Of a stretch of DNA of 64,000 bases, positions 1 to 10,175 are shown in pieces. The number at the start of each line of letters is the position of its first letter. Position 1 is the first letter of the stretch. The stretch comes from a virus: positions 32,001 through 96,000 of IMG/VR virus record IMGVR_UViG_3300013093_000022; one strand, given 5' to 3'. The notes beneath the pieces were generated by a model. The model ran no database searches. It was not told where the DNA came from and worked only from the letters and a program-made list of their open reading frames with translations. Both the position numbers and the translations under genes were made by a program.

Positions 1-1011
1 GGTCGCGTGGTCGCCCAGACGGGACACGATCTCACCTGACAGGGCTGACGTGTCCGCCTCGCGCAGCGAGACGATCAGCCTCTCACGGCCCATGACCCGG
101 CCGTCGGGCAGGCACGGGTGGTGGTACCAGCCCCCCCGGCGCTCGATGACGCCGGTCAGGATCCCGAGCCGGATGATCTCCTCAAAGGTGTCGACGCCGA
201 ACCCGTACTCGTCGGTCGGCACGTTGTAGAACCACCAGTTCGCCACCCGGTTCGGGGCCGCCAGCCCGTTCTTCACGACCTTGCACGAGATCTCATAGCC
301 GATCTGGAACTCCTCGCCGTTGATCTTCTGCGTGACCTTGCCCTTGCCGCGCTTCAACTGCAGGCGCAGCGCCACCGCGTGCTTCCATGCGTGGCCGCCG
401 GGGGTCATGTGCCGCTTGTAGCCGCTCATGTCCTCGCGGATCTGGTTGACCCCCACCGTGAGGCACCGGTACTTGGCCGACAGCGCCGCCGCCGACCGGG
501 CGAACTCGCCCACCCCTTGGGCGTTGCCGCCGTACGAGCCGACCTCGGCGTCGGAGTTGCGCCGGGCCGTCGGGGCCCCGCCGATCGAGTCGAGCAAGGC
601 GAAGCAGACCCTCCCGCCGTCCACCGCCGCCCGGTAGATGTTGGTGGCCTGCTCGATGTGGTCGGGCTGGATGTACACGACCCGCTCGCGGTGCTCCGGC
701 GTGATCAGCCGTGACAGCCAGGCGGGGTCCATCTTGTGCTCCAGGTCCAGGATCAGGGCGCACCGTTCGGGCTGGGACTCGAGGAAGCCCTGCATCGTCA
801 ACAGCGACAGGGTCGTCTTGCCGGTTCCCTCCTCGCCCGCGATCTCAATGACCCGGTCGGAGGGGAAGCCCCCGACGCCGACCGCGAAGTCCAGGGCCAG
901 AGAGCCGGACGGGATCGTCGGGTGGCGGGGGATGTCGTCGGCCGTCATGACGGCCTCCTTCCCGAACTTGTCCTGCAGCTCGGAGATCAGCCTCTCTGTG
1001 AACTTGCTCAT
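1..1011 (-). CDS. recA: RecA-like recombinase (3' end runs off window)
   Basis: Not in ORF track; hand translation from ATG 1011 (ATGA overlap with dnaE stop): MSKFTERLISELQDKFGKEAVMT..IPSGSLALDFAVGVGGFPSDRVIEIAGEEGTGKTTL..DLEH..LLDSIGG..GVNQIRE..TPGGHAWKH..CKVVKN; Walker A/B and RecA signature motifs. Confidence 0.95.
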   Translation of the reverse strand, partial: MSKFTERLISELQDKFGKEAVMTADDIPRHPTIPSGSLALDFAVGVGGFPSDRVIEIAGEEGTGKTTLSLLTMQGFLESQPERCALILDLEHKMDPAWLSRLITPEHRERVVYIQPDHIEQATNIYRAAVDGGRVCFALLDSIGGAPTARRNSDAEVGSYGGNAQGVGEFARSAAALSAKYRCLTVGVNQIREDMSGYKRHMTPGGHAWKHAVALRLQLKRGKGKVTQKINGEEFQIGYEISCKVVKNGLAAPNRVANWWFYNVPTDEYGFGVDTFEEIIRLGILTGVIERRGGWYHHPCLPDGRVMGRERLIVSLREADTSALSGEIVSRLGDHAT

Positions 1012-4000
1012 TCTCTCTCCCGGGAACCCTTCCTCAACCAGTCCATCCTGAAAACCTGCTTGACCTGACAGCCGCGTGCCGTCTTGACCAGGTCGAGGAG
1101 CAGGGGCGCGTCGACGGCGACCATCGTCCGCACCTCCGGCCAGACGCTGGGCGGCACGGTGACCTCAAGCTCGTACCCCTTCCACGACTGGATGCCCAGG
1201 AAGGCCATCTCGCCGTTTCCCCTCACCAGGGAGTGGACCTTGATGCTTATGGCCTGGCCGGCGAGGGGGAACTCCTTGCCCGCCGGGAAGCCGTTGATGT
1301 CGTCGGCGTTGAGGTCGCAGTGGTGGCGGGCGACGCTCGCGTAGGGAAGCATCGGGTCGGAGAGGATGTAGCTGCCGCACAGTTCCTTCTCGATCCGGCC
1401 CATGACCTCCACGTCGTTGAAGTCGGGCCTGTCGATCAGGTACTTGTCAGGGCTGTTCTCAAACCGGCGTGCCACGGCGGCGACGCACTTCTCCTCATCG
1501 GCCAGGGTCGACGGCGACAGGCCCTCCTTGGCCCGCTCCCACTCCCACATGTCCATGACCGTGTCGCGGTCGGCCATACCGTCAAACGCCCCGATGACGA
1601 CCAGGTTCCAGACGGCGGTCTTGTTTGACCCCCTGCCGGAGCGGCTCAGGTAGTCGGGGAAGTCGCGGTACGGGCGAGCCTGGTCGATGTCGTCGCACGT
1701 CCTGGAGGCCAGCCCCCGCACCGCGCCCAGGCCGTAACGGATCTCATTCGAGCCTACTGGGCCGAGGGTGAAGTGCCGGGAAGACCGGTTGATGTCCGGG
1801 GGCAGGATCTTGAAGCCCATCCGGCGGGCCTCCCGCACGTAGCGGGTCACGTTGTCGGGGTCGGTGGCCAGCAGCGCCGCGATGAACTCGATCGGGTAGT
1901 AGTGCTTGACCCACACCTCCCACGTGCTGATCGTGGCGTACCCGACCGCGTGCGACTGGTTGAAGGCGTAGCGCCCCGAGGCCTCGATCGACTTCCAGAT
2001 CGTGTCGATGACCCGGCGGTCGCCGCTGTACCCCCTCAGGAACTCCTCGTTGGCCAGGCAGCCCTCAGTGAACTTCTCGCGGTAGGAGACGACCGCGTCC
2101 ATCTTCTTCTTGCCCAAGGCCCGGCGCAGGCTGTTGGCCTCCCCGGCGGTGAACCCGGCCAGCTTCTTGACCGTGGCCATCAACTGCTCCTGGTACACCA
2201 AGACCCCGTGCGTCTCTTTGGTGATCCCCTCCAGCAGCGGGTGGTCGTACTCGACCCCGGACTTGCCCGAGTGGCGGTTCAGGAACACGTCGCCCAGCCC
2301 GGCGTCCTTCACCCCGGGCCGGACGATGGAGATGAGGGCGGCCACCTCGCGCTCGCTCCTCGGCTTCATCAGGACCGAGTGCCTGGTCAGGTCGGGCGTC
2401 TCAAGCTGGAAGATGCCGACCGTGTTCCCCTCGGCGATCTGCGGCCAGATCGCCGGGTCGGCGTAGTCCTCGTACGTGAAGGCCTTCGCGCTCTGCGGAG
2501 ACGCCGGTCCGCGCCCCCCCCTCATCTGGACCGGCAGGTCGTCGGAACGGAAGTCAAGCCACACGCCGTGCCTCTCGTGCACCAGGTTCCGGGCGTGCAT
2601 CAGGGTGTCAAGGTGGCGCAGCCCCAGCAGGTCGAGCTTGCAGGCCCCCATCTGCTCAACCTCGTGCATGTCAAACTGGGTGATGGCGTCCTGCAGCCCG
2701 TCCCTCGTGCGGGTCGGCACCGTCCCCAGGACGGGCCTGTTGCTGACCAAGACACCCGACGGGTGGCGACCCGACTGCCGGACGATCCCCTGCATCTCGT
2801 TGATCTTGGTGAACAGGGTCGGGTACTTCTGGGCCCACTGAGACAGCTCGCCGCCCTTGGCACGCAGGATTTCCTCCCAGTCGGCGTCCTCCTCCTCGGC
2901 CTCCTGGGTGACCGCCTTCACCTGCTCGATGATCTTGCTCATCTGGACGACGTCGCTCAGGTTGATCTTCAACGCCCGACCGAGGTCCTTCAGGATCTGC
3001 TTGGGCTTGGATCGGTTCAGGATCTCGATCGTGCAGACGTGGTCGTGGCCGTACCTGGACTCCAGGTACCTCTTCGCGTCGGGTCGCATCGACTGCGGGA
3101 AGTCGACGTCGATGTCCGGGTTGTCCTCCCGGTCGGGGTCGAGGAAGCGCTCGAACAGCAGGCCGTAGTGGATCGGGTCGATCGCCGTGATCCCCAACAG
3201 GTAGGCGACCAGGCAGCCACCGGCCGAGCCACGTCCCGGGCCGAGCAGCATGGGCACCCGGCGGCTGTCGCCGTTGACCAGGTTGTTCCACCGGCCCGAG
3301 ACGCAGGCGTCCACAAGGTCCTTCTCGACGTTGAAGTAGCCGGAGAAGCCCTTGTCGGAGATGAGGTGCAGCTCCTCGCGGAGCCGGTTGTAGTACAGCT
3401 CCTCGGGCAGGCCGGCCCGGGTCACCTTGTCCCGGAACCCGACCTCGCACGCCTCGATCAACTGGCGCAGGTCCTCCCGCTCGGTCCGGTTCAGGCGGGG
3501 CATCTCAAGGGTCTTGGTGATCTCGGCGTCACACCTCTCGGCGATCGACTGCGAGTTCCTGATCGCCTCGTCGACCACGGACGCCGACACACCGTGCCGT
3601 TCCATCCACCCGTACAGCTCCTTAGACCCCATCAGGTGGTCGGCTTTCTGGCCGTACTCGTCCCCCTCGCCGTCCTGGTCGTCGCCCTTCGACCTCTTTG
3701 ACACCGAGAACTTCCAGATGAGCTCCTTGTTCTCCCAGTCCTCTGGGCGGACGTGGTGGGCGTCGTTGACCACCACCATCGGGACGCCCATCTCAGTCGC
3801 CATCCGGACCTTCATCCGGTTGATCCTCCCCATGAGGTCGTTGAGCCTCTTCTTGGCCGGGGTGTCGGCATCCATGAACTGCCACGTGTGCAACTCGCAG
3901 TAGAAGCGGTCGCCGAAGACGTTGAGAAGCGACGAGAAGTGCTGCCGGGCGAGGTCCTCGTCGTCGGCCTCCACGGCGCGGGAGAACTCGGTGATCATGC

Positions 4001-4415
4001 AGCCGTCCGACGCGAGAACACCCTCCCGGTAGGACTTCATCAGGTCCAAGGTGAGCAGGGGCTTGTAGTACCGGTACTTCTTGGTGTACGCCAGCGAGGA
4101 CAGCGACCAGATGTTGGAGAGGCCGACGTTGTTCTCGGCGATCATGCAGATGTGGGACCTGTTCGACGGGTACTTCAGGTTCTTCCTGGTCCACTCCACG
4201 TCGTACACCCAGTCGGCCTCGATGCCGAGCAGGGGCTTGATCCCCTCGGAACGGCACGCCCTCTGGAAGGCGAAGTGCTGGTTGCACTCGTTGTGGTCGG
4301 TCACGGCGACCGCCGACGAGCCGAGCTCCCTCGCCCGCTTGGCTATGTCGGCGACATTGGCCAAGCCGTCAAGGAAGGAGCCCTCCGAATGCTGGTGCAG
4401 ATTGACCTGATTCAC
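1008..4415 (-). CDS. dnaE: DNA polymerase III alpha subunit (DnaE-like) with N-terminal PHP domain
   Basis: LHQHSEGSFLDG, VTDH, GPGRGSAGG, LLFERFL..PDIDVD, GRHPSGV, KLDLLGL, GIFQLE, YQEQ, YAFNQSH motifs. Confidence 0.97.
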   Translation of the reverse strand: MNQVNLHQHSEGSFLDGLANVADIAKRARELGSSAVAVTDHNECNQHFAFQRACRSEGIKPLLGIEADWVYDVEWTRKNLKYPSNRSHICMIAENNVGLSNIWSLSSLAYTKKYRYYKPLLTLDLMKSYREGVLASDGCMITEFSRAVEADDEDLARQHFSSLLNVFGDRFYCELHTWQFMDADTPAKKRLNDLMGRINRMKVRMATEMGVPMVVVNDAHHVRPEDWENKELIWKFSVSKRSKGDDQDGEGDEYGQKADHLMGSKELYGWMERHGVSASVVDEAIRNSQSIAERCDAEITKTLEMPRLNRTEREDLRQLIEACEVGFRDKVTRAGLPEELYYNRLREELHLISDKGFSGYFNVEKDLVDACVSGRWNNLVNGDSRRVPMLLGPGRGSAGGCLVAYLLGITAIDPIHYGLLFERFLDPDREDNPDIDVDFPQSMRPDAKRYLESRYGHDHVCTIEILNRSKPKQILKDLGRALKINLSDVVQMSKIIEQVKAVTQEAEEEDADWEEILRAKGGELSQWAQKYPTLFTKINEMQGIVRQSGRHPSGVLVSNRPVLGTVPTRTRDGLQDAITQFDMHEVEQMGACKLDLLGLRHLDTLMHARNLVHERHGVWLDFRSDDLPVQMRGGRGPASPQSAKAFTYEDYADPAIWPQIAEGNTVGIFQLETPDLTRHSVLMKPRSEREVAALISIVRPGVKDAGLGDVFLNRHSGKSGVEYDHPLLEGITKETHGVLVYQEQLMATVKKLAGFTAGEANSLRRALGKKKMDAVVSYREKFTEGCLANEEFLRGYSGDRRVIDTIWKSIEASGRYAFNQSHAVGYATISTWEVWVKHYYPIEFIAALLATDPDNVTRYVREARRMGFKILPPDINRSSRHFTLGPVGSNEIRYGLGAVRGLASRTCDDIDQARPYRDFPDYLSRSGRGSNKTAVWNLVVIGAFDGMADRDTVMDMWEWERAKEGLSPSTLADEEKCVAAVARRFENSPDKYLIDRPDFNDVEVMGRIEKELCGSYILSDPMLPYASVARHHCDLNADDINGFPAGKEFPLAGQAISIKVHSLVRGNGEMAFLGIQSWKGYELEVTVPPSVWPEVRTMVAVDAPLLLDLVKTARGCQVKQVFRMDWLRKGSRERE

Positions 4416-4532
4416 GACCCGCTCACTTAAAATCGTCCAGGAAGGGGCACGACCCGTCTGCGCTGACTAATTCGTGCCCCCACCAAGACCCGGGCTGTAA
4501 GCCCACAGCCCGGGCTGGCCACCGCCGAGGGC

Positions 4533-5423
4533 TTAGTCGGTGGGGTGGGTCGCGAACTCCTTCAGCAGGTCGTCGCGCATCGAGCTGAACGTGCCGCCGT
4601 CGGCCGACCCTGAGAACATGGGGAGGTCCTCAACCGTCAGGCCGGACGGGCGGTTCGTCGGGGCACCCTCCAGCCAATAGCGGGCCCGCTCCTCACCCGA
4701 GTAGTACTCGGCCCACTCCTCGAGAGTCTGCGGGCAGTACAGGAAACGCTTCGGGTCGTCGTCGGCGAACTTCTTCCCGTACCCGTAACGCTCCCTGACC
4801 TTGTCGGGGTTGTCCATCCCCGGCTCAGTCGAGTCGATCGGAACCACCTCGTAGTGGGTGGTCTTCTCGCCCCGGGCACCGCGACGGACCACCTCGTAGT
4901 CGCGGTCGCACAGGGTTCCGTACCGGCGCTGGATGCCCTGGAGGTTGTTCCAGAACGAGTAGGCCGAGAACTTGACGATGCCGTACTGGCGGGCCTCGAA
5001 CTTCTGGCCGTCCTTCTCGACCGTCGTCATCGCGTCGACGATGACCGTGCGGCCCGGGCTCTTCGGGTCGGGCACCTCCTCGCGGAGGACGGCGATGCCT
5101 ACGCCGAGCGTCCGCAGCTTCGGCTCGACGATCGCACGGGTTCCGTACTCCTCCTGCATCGCGCCGAAGTGCTCGACCCAGTTGGTGCCGTCGGGGTTGA
5201 TCATGAACTCCATCTGGCGAATCTTCTCGTTGTTCGTCAGGATGTTGTTCGCGAACTTGCCGACCAGGGGAAGGTCCTCGGCGAGGAAGCGCAGGATCTT
5301 CTTCTCCCCGTCGTCCTTCCAGTAGAAGATCGACGGTCGGCGGTAGTCGCCTCCCCCGCCCGACTTCGACTGCTGCTGGGTCATGATCTTCTCAACGGCC
5401 TCCGGCCCACGCTCAAATGCCAC
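4533..5423 (-). CDS. putative phage ssDNA-binding protein (gp32-like)
   Basis: FYWKDDGEKKILRFL start, RDYEVVRRG..TTHYEVVP, acidic C-terminus; position between primase and DnaE. Confidence 0.65.
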   Translation of the reverse strand: MAFERGPEAVEKIMTQQQSKSGGGGDYRRPSIFYWKDDGEKKILRFLAEDLPLVGKFANNILTNNEKIRQMEFMINPDGTNWVEHFGAMQEEYGTRAIVEPKLRTLGVGIAVLREEVPDPKSPGRTVIVDAMTTVEKDGQKFEARQYGIVKFSAYSFWNNLQGIQRRYGTLCDRDYEVVRRGARGEKTTHYEVVPIDSTEPGMDNPDKVRERYGYGKKFADDDPKRFLYCPQTLEEWAEYYSGEERARYWLEGAPTNRPSGLTVEDLPMFSGSADGGTFSSMRDDLLKEFATHPTD

Positions 5424-5507
5424 AATAGTCTCCAGTTTCGTGTCTTTTCATCAGATGCCTTGTCCGGCAACACAGACACTAACCGACGACCCTGACAGGC
5501 GCAACTC

Positions 5508-5672
5508 TCAGGCCGGGGTCTTGTCCGGGGGGAAGCCTCTGCGGTCTCGGAGCCCCCTCTTGTAGAGGACCCTCCTCATCTTCCGCTCACGCCTCTCAGC
5601 GACCGACCTCTCGACTTGGTCCCGGAACTCCCGCGCCCTCTCAACGGCCTTATTTGGCCGGTGTGAATCCAT
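5508..5672 (-). CDS. small basic hypothetical protein
   Basis: MDSHRPNKAVERARE..., 54 aa, RBS-like GGGAGGAAG upstream. Confidence 0.55.
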   Translation of the reverse strand: MDSHRPNKAVERAREFRDQVERSVAERRERKMRRVLYKRGLRDRRGFPPDKTPA

Positions 5673-6720
5673 GAGACTTCCTCCCCACCGTGTGCCCGGC
5701 CATCCACAGGACCGCCGGTATCGCTGATTCAAGGGCGGCGGCGACCCGGTTTGCATCCCTGTAGTCGCCGAGGTCGCGCCCCTCCTCGGGCGGGACCACC
5801 GAGACCCGGCAGTGGCGGTACAGGCCCTCGACCAGCTTCACGGTTCCCGACTCACCGGCCGGGTCGGCGTCGAACCACACCACCACCGTCTCCCATGACT
5901 TGAGCAGGTCGATCTGGGGCCTGGTGACCTTGGCCCCGAACGTCGCCACCACCCCGGGGATGCCCAGCTCATGGGCCACCGCCACGCTCATCGGCGACTC
6001 GACGACCACGACCCGGCCGAGGCCGGCCGCCTGGTCGTACCGGTACAGCGTCTCCGACTTGGGGAAGCCCGACGAGTTCTTGTACTTGGGCCAGGGCGGG
6101 TCGGTCCCCGGCCAGCCGGGGCCGGGCGGGACGGCCCTCTTCTGCCAACCCACCAGGCTCCCCCGCCACCGGTGGGGGAACACGATCCGGTTCGCGGCCG
6201 GGTCGAACCCGATCCCGAGCTCGGCGCACGTCTCGTGGCTGACGCCCCTGACGTCGCGCATGTAGGGGTGGGACGCCATCCAGGGCCGCAGCACCGACTC
6301 GCTGTAGGAGGGCAGCCCCACGGAGTAGACGTCCGGGGCGGCGAACAGCCTCTCGAGCTCGGCCCGCAGGGCCTGCCCGCTGCGGGCCCCGCCCATCATG
6401 GTGCCGAGCAGGGGTCCGACCTGACCGAGCTCCGAGAGCCCCTCCATCTTCAGGATCAGGTGCAGCACGTCGCCCGACCAGTACACCGAGCAGCAGTAGA
6501 GGCCCTTCTCTACGTTGACCCAGGCCGAGGGGTGCTCGTCGCCGTGGGCGTGGTGGGGCTCCACGGCGTCCAGGAGGCACGAGTGGACGATCTCGGTGGT
6601 CCCGTCCCGGTTGACCTGCTCCGAGCAGTTACGGGCCCCGTAGTGCTCCAGCAGTTGCCGCACGTCGACCCGGCGTCGGTAACTGCGGTACAGGTCCGCT
6701 TTCGACAACGACACAGCCAT
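5650..6720 (-). CDS. DNA primase (Zn-binding + TOPRIM)
   Basis: H..GDEHPSA..C Zn-finger variant, RIVFP, PKYKNS, VVVVES, WFDADPAG TOPRIM DxD. Confidence 0.9.
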   Translation of the reverse strand: MAVSLSKADLYRSYRRRVDVRQLLEHYGARNCSEQVNRDGTTEIVHSCLLDAVEPHHAHGDEHPSAWVNVEKGLYCCSVYWSGDVLHLILKMEGLSELGQVGPLLGTMMGGARSGQALRAELERLFAAPDVYSVGLPSYSESVLRPWMASHPYMRDVRGVSHETCAELGIGFDPAANRIVFPHRWRGSLVGWQKRAVPPGPGWPGTDPPWPKYKNSSGFPKSETLYRYDQAAGLGRVVVVESPMSVAVAHELGIPGVVATFGAKVTRPQIDLLKSWETVVVWFDADPAGESGTVKLVEGLYRHCRVSVVPPEEGRDLGDYRDANRVAAALESAIPAVLWMAGHTVGRKSHGFTPAK

Positions 6721-6829
6721 GACCGACCCGCTCCCAGTTGTGGTAGTCGGCGACCGACTCGGCCGACACCAGGTGACCGAACTGACGAGACACGTACCCG
6801 CACGGGCACGCCGACACGTACGTCGTCAT
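6629..6829 (-). CDS. small CxCG zinc-ribbon-like protein (overlaps primase 5' end)
   Basis: MTTYVSACPCGYVS..H; ATGA coupling with helicase stop. Confidence 0.4.
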   Translation of the reverse strand: MTTYVSACPCGYVSRQFGHLVSAESVADYHNWERVGHGCVVVESGPVPQLPTPGRRAATAGALRGP

Positions 6830-8055
6830 TTTGTGATCCTCTCCAAGACAGAGATGTGGCTGCGGTCGATCAGGTCCCAGTGCAGCATCCACTGACCCGA
6901 GTCGCACCGGCGGCCGCCGAGGATCGCGAACTTCATGACCCGGTTCACCCTCTCCTGCTGGTTGCGGCTCAGTGCCAGCAGCAGGTCGGCGGTGCGCTCC
7001 ACCTCGGCCGCGTCGGCGAAGTCAGAGATCATCGGCCCCTCCAGCCTCTCCAGGCTCTCACGGTTCAACTGGTGGGCCAGGAAGCAGCCCAGCTTGCCCC
7101 GCGACACGTTGCCGATCTCGTTCTTGAGCTGCTTGAGGATGCTGCCCAGCCGCTGCTTCTCGGACCGGACGCTCACAGACTCCTCCATGAACCCCAACTG
7201 GTCGATCAGCACGTAGTCGCACTGGGCGTAGCGGGCCCGGGCGCAGAGGCTGGCCACGGTCCGGTCTCCCTCGTCGGGGGACTCGATCCGCAGGGGGCGT
7301 CCCGACTCGGCCATCCGGTCCTGCGTCTCGTGCAGCCTCTGGCGCTCCTTGTCGGTCAGCCGGTGGCGCGACAGCCGGTCGTAGCTCACCCCCGACAGCA
7401 GCGCGTCGAGCCGGTCCTCGATCTCGTCGACCGGCATCTCCAAGGTGTAGACGATCGGTGACCTGCCCCGCTCGTAGGCCCGCGCCGCCGCGTTCAAAAG
7501 CATCATGGTCTTGCCGACCTTCGAGAAGGCACCGACGACCGCCAGCTCCCCGGGGCGCACCCCGCCGGTCCACTCGTCGATCTCGGCCACGCCCAGGGTC
7601 AGCCCGTTCTCGGCACCGCCCTCCCGCCTCAGATACCGCTGGCGGCGCGACTCGTAGTCGGTCATGTCGGAGCGCGAGTGGCGCGACGACACGGTCTCGA
7701 TCGCCTCATAGGACGACGTCTGCATGAAGCTCAGGGCCTTGGCCGGCTCCATCTCGGCGACCTGGAGGACGGTCTGCTGAACCGCGTTGCGGGCGTACCG
7801 GTCCATCAGCTTCTGGGCGAGCCACCACGACGCCTCCTCGACGTGGTCGGCGAGGGTCAGGCCCGGAACCTCGGTCTCCACCGCGAACTTGGTCGGGGCG
7901 TCCTTCATCTGGGACGTCAGCCAGTAGTCGACGATGAACTGGTAGGCGTACCTCGACGGGGCGTCCTCGAACACCTCGGCACGCAGCCCCAAATCCCACA
8001 CGACGGAAATCTGGTGCGGGTCGATCAGCTTCGACAGCAGTTGGCGCTCAATCAT
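6826..8055 (-). CDS. dnaB: DnaB-like replicative helicase
   Basis: Start reassigned to ATG 8055 (MIERQLLS); GGVRPGELAVVGAFSKVGKT, TLEM, LIDQLG, AHQLNR, ERTAD. Confidence 0.92.
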   Translation of the reverse strand: MIERQLLSKLIDPHQISVVWDLGLRAEVFEDAPSRYAYQFIVDYWLTSQMKDAPTKFAVETEVPGLTLADHVEEASWWLAQKLMDRYARNAVQQTVLQVAEMEPAKALSFMQTSSYEAIETVSSRHSRSDMTDYESRRQRYLRREGGAENGLTLGVAEIDEWTGGVRPGELAVVGAFSKVGKTMMLLNAAARAYERGRSPIVYTLEMPVDEIEDRLDALLSGVSYDRLSRHRLTDKERQRLHETQDRMAESGRPLRIESPDEGDRTVASLCARARYAQCDYVLIDQLGFMEESVSVRSEKQRLGSILKQLKNEIGNVSRGKLGCFLAHQLNRESLERLEGPMISDFADAAEVERTADLLLALSRNQQERVNRVMKFAILGGRRCDSGQWMLHWDLIDRSHISVLERITK

Positions 8056-8834
8056 TTGATCGGCCGCACCTCTCCGTTCAGGACTTCCGCGTTCTTGCGG
8101 TCGCGGATCATCTGCCGGACGCTGCCGCCCGTGAACTCCTTCGACAGGTTCGCCTCTATCAGCAGCTCCAGGCTCGACTCGCCGTACGAGGTGCCCAGGT
8201 AGTCCGGGTCGAGGTTGGTGGTGACGATCGTGGTCCGGCCGGTCTGGACCCGCGACCGGAGCAGGTTGTTCAGGAACGTGTTCCGGCTCTTGAGGGTCGA
8301 CCGCTCCTTGCCCAGGTCGTCGAGGAGCAGGACGTCGCACGTCTTGATCCGCTCCTCGTACCACTGCAGGGCCTCGGGAGACTGCCAGGTCTTGGTGAAC
8401 TCGTCGATCAGGTCCTCGGCGACGACCGAGTAGCACCGCAGCCCCCGCTTGATCAAATCCTTCAGCACCAGGGTCGCCAGCATGGTCTTGCCCGTGCCCA
8501 TCTCCCCCCACAGGAAGAAGCCCATGCCGTGCTCGACGTACGGGTTGGCGAGGTAGACGTCGCGGGCCCAGTCGCGGATCTCCCCGTCCCCGAACCAGTC
8601 GTCCCAGTCGAGCCGCTGATAGGTGAGCCCGATGTTCGACGAGCAGTACCACTTGTAGAGCTGGAGCTGGGTCGCGCAGTCGCACCTGTTCTCGACGCCC
8701 AACCACAGGTAGGTGCCGACAGTTCCGCACGTCGGGCAGTAGTCCTGGGGGCCCGACATCATCCCCGGGTAGAGCCGGGACAGCCTGGTCGCCTCCCTCT
8801 CGGGGAGGAAGTCGGCGAGGACGCTGTAGGCCAT
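8052..8834 (-). CDS. DnaC/IstB-like AAA+ helicase loader
   Basis: CPTC..CDC Zn motif, GEMGTGKT, LLLDDLGKE, TTIVTTN; adjacent to DnaB. Confidence 0.88.
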   Translation of the reverse strand: MAYSVLADFLPEREATRLSRLYPGMMSGPQDYCPTCGTVGTYLWLGVENRCDCATQLQLYKWYCSSNIGLTYQRLDWDDWFGDGEIRDWARDVYLANPYVEHGMGFFLWGEMGTGKTMLATLVLKDLIKRGLRCYSVVAEDLIDEFTKTWQSPEALQWYEERIKTCDVLLLDDLGKERSTLKSRNTFLNNLLRSRVQTGRTTIVTTNLDPDYLGTSYGESSLELLIEANLSKEFTGGSVRQMIRDRKNAEVLNGEVRPIK

Positions 8835-9064
8835 TAGGGGTCTCTTCTCCTGACTGTCGGCGGGGTCATCATGGTGGCCAGCTCCTCCTGGGTGGGGGCC
8901 TTGTCGAGCACCTCCAGGTCGGTGACCTTGTGGATGCCGGTCTGTCGGCGCGGGGTCTCCCACATGACACGCACCATACCGGTCGTCGAGGCGTCGCCTT
9001 GGACGAGGCCCCTCCAGGTCGACCGGCCCCGGTAGTTCACGGTCCGCCCGTCGATGAGGCTCAC
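8834..9064 (-). CDS. hypothetical protein
   Basis: GTG start overlapping upstream stop; MSLIDGRTVNYRG... Confidence 0.55.
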   Translation of the reverse strand: MSLIDGRTVNYRGRSTWRGLVQGDASTTGMVRVMWETPRRQTGIHKVTDLEVLDKAPTQEELATMMTPPTVRRRDP

Positions 9065-9492
9065 GAGACGTCCTCGTCTTCGGCGATGACCTCGGAGAGC
9101 TCGGCCATCGCGATCCTCCTCATCACCTGCCTCAACTCCAGCATCTTCAAGGTACCGTCGCGGTGCATCGAGAAGGCTATCTCCTGTATCAGGGGTAGGT
9201 TGAACCGGCGTCTCGGCTTGGGGCCGCCGCCGACCATCCGGGGATGGATGGGCGACCCGTCGGCATAGGTGAACCGCCCCTTCTTCAGCCCCTCGTACAG
9301 CCAGGCCGGGGTTCGGCTGAAGAACCGGGCGGCCTCCGACACCGAGTACCATTGCTCGACCCCGACGACGATGTCGGAGTCGGGCAGCGATAGGATCTCC
9401 CGGCGCTTCTCGGTGACCTCCAGCAACTGCTGGAGCCGCCTCTCGATGTTGTCGTTCTTCCTTCTGGCGGTCTCCAGCAGCGTGTCGGTCAC
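9061..9492 (-). CDS. helix-turn-helix DNA-binding protein (MerR/Xis-like)
   Basis: WYSVSEAARFFSRTPAWLY..RRRFNL. Confidence 0.7.
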   Translation of the reverse strand: MTDTLLETARRKNDNIERRLQQLLEVTEKRREILSLPDSDIVVGVEQWYSVSEAARFFSRTPAWLYEGLKKGRFTYADGSPIHPRMVGGGPKPRRRFNLPLIQEIAFSMHRDGTLKMLELRQVMRRIAMAELSEVIAEDEDVS

Positions 9493-9500
9493 GGGGCCTC

Positions 9501-10175
9501 CTACAGGTTGCGGAGGTTGAGCCTCGCCTTCTTGGGAGACCCGGGGATCAGGGCCTCGCGGACCTTCTCCATCAACTCGGGCTTGTTGCCGACCAACTGC
9601 ATCAGCAAATCCTCGTCGAGGACCCGCACCTCCTGGGCGGGAATCACCTTTGTAACATACACGCTGTCACAAGCCTCTCCCAACAACTCGGAGAGTTTCT
9701 CTTCGTCGATCGAGGGGGAGCTGTACCCCGCGCCCTCGCGGCGGAAGGACATGCCCAACTCGGGCACGTCGAGCGCCGCGTTCACGTTCTGGGGGTCGGG
9801 GTGGCCCATCTCGGCGAGAGCCGAGTCGAAGTGTGCGAACACGACCGACTTGACCTGCTCCTGCACGACCTGGGTCATGTCGACCAGGGTGCGGACGGCC
9901 AGCGCCTGGCGCATGACCGTGTTCGAGTAGGTCTCGTTGAGGACCATCTCGTCGCCGAGCGACTCGGTGACCAGCGAGATGAAGTTGGCCAAGATGTCCT
10001 GCAGGGCACCCAGGTGGTCGACGTCGAACTCGCGCAGCCCGTCGACCAGGCTGGCCTTGCGGTCGGCCCGGGTGGTGCGCTCGGTCTTCGCGACGGCCTT
10101 GGCGGCCGGGACCGCGACGACCTTCTTGTCGGCGGCGACGGCGACCCCGGCGGCCTGGGCGATGGTCTCGAACAT
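9501..10175 (-). CDS. hypothetical protein
   Basis: 224 aa ORF with strong RBS (GAAGGAGA); downstream of ECF-type promoter. Confidence 0.75.
   Translation of the reverse strand: MFETIAQAAGVAVAADKKVVAVPAAKAVAKTERTTRADRKASLVDGLREFDVDHLGALQDILANFISLVTESLGDEMVLNETYSNTVMRQALAVRTLVDMTQVVQEQVKSVVFAHFDSALAEMGHPDPQNVNAALDVPELGMSFRREGAGYSSPSIDEEKLSELLGEACDSVYVTKVIPAQEVRVLDEDLLMQLVGNKPELMEKVREALIPGSPKKARLNLRNL

Noticed and set aside
1773-3701. Long + strand ORFs (also 32386-34890, 36878-39268, 5971-7461)
   Set aside because: Antisense shadows of high-GC genes with no recognisable motifs
1008-4415. Intein in DnaE (or DnaB/RecA)
   Set aside because: Lengths are normal and no intein C...HN/LAGLIDADG motifs are visible
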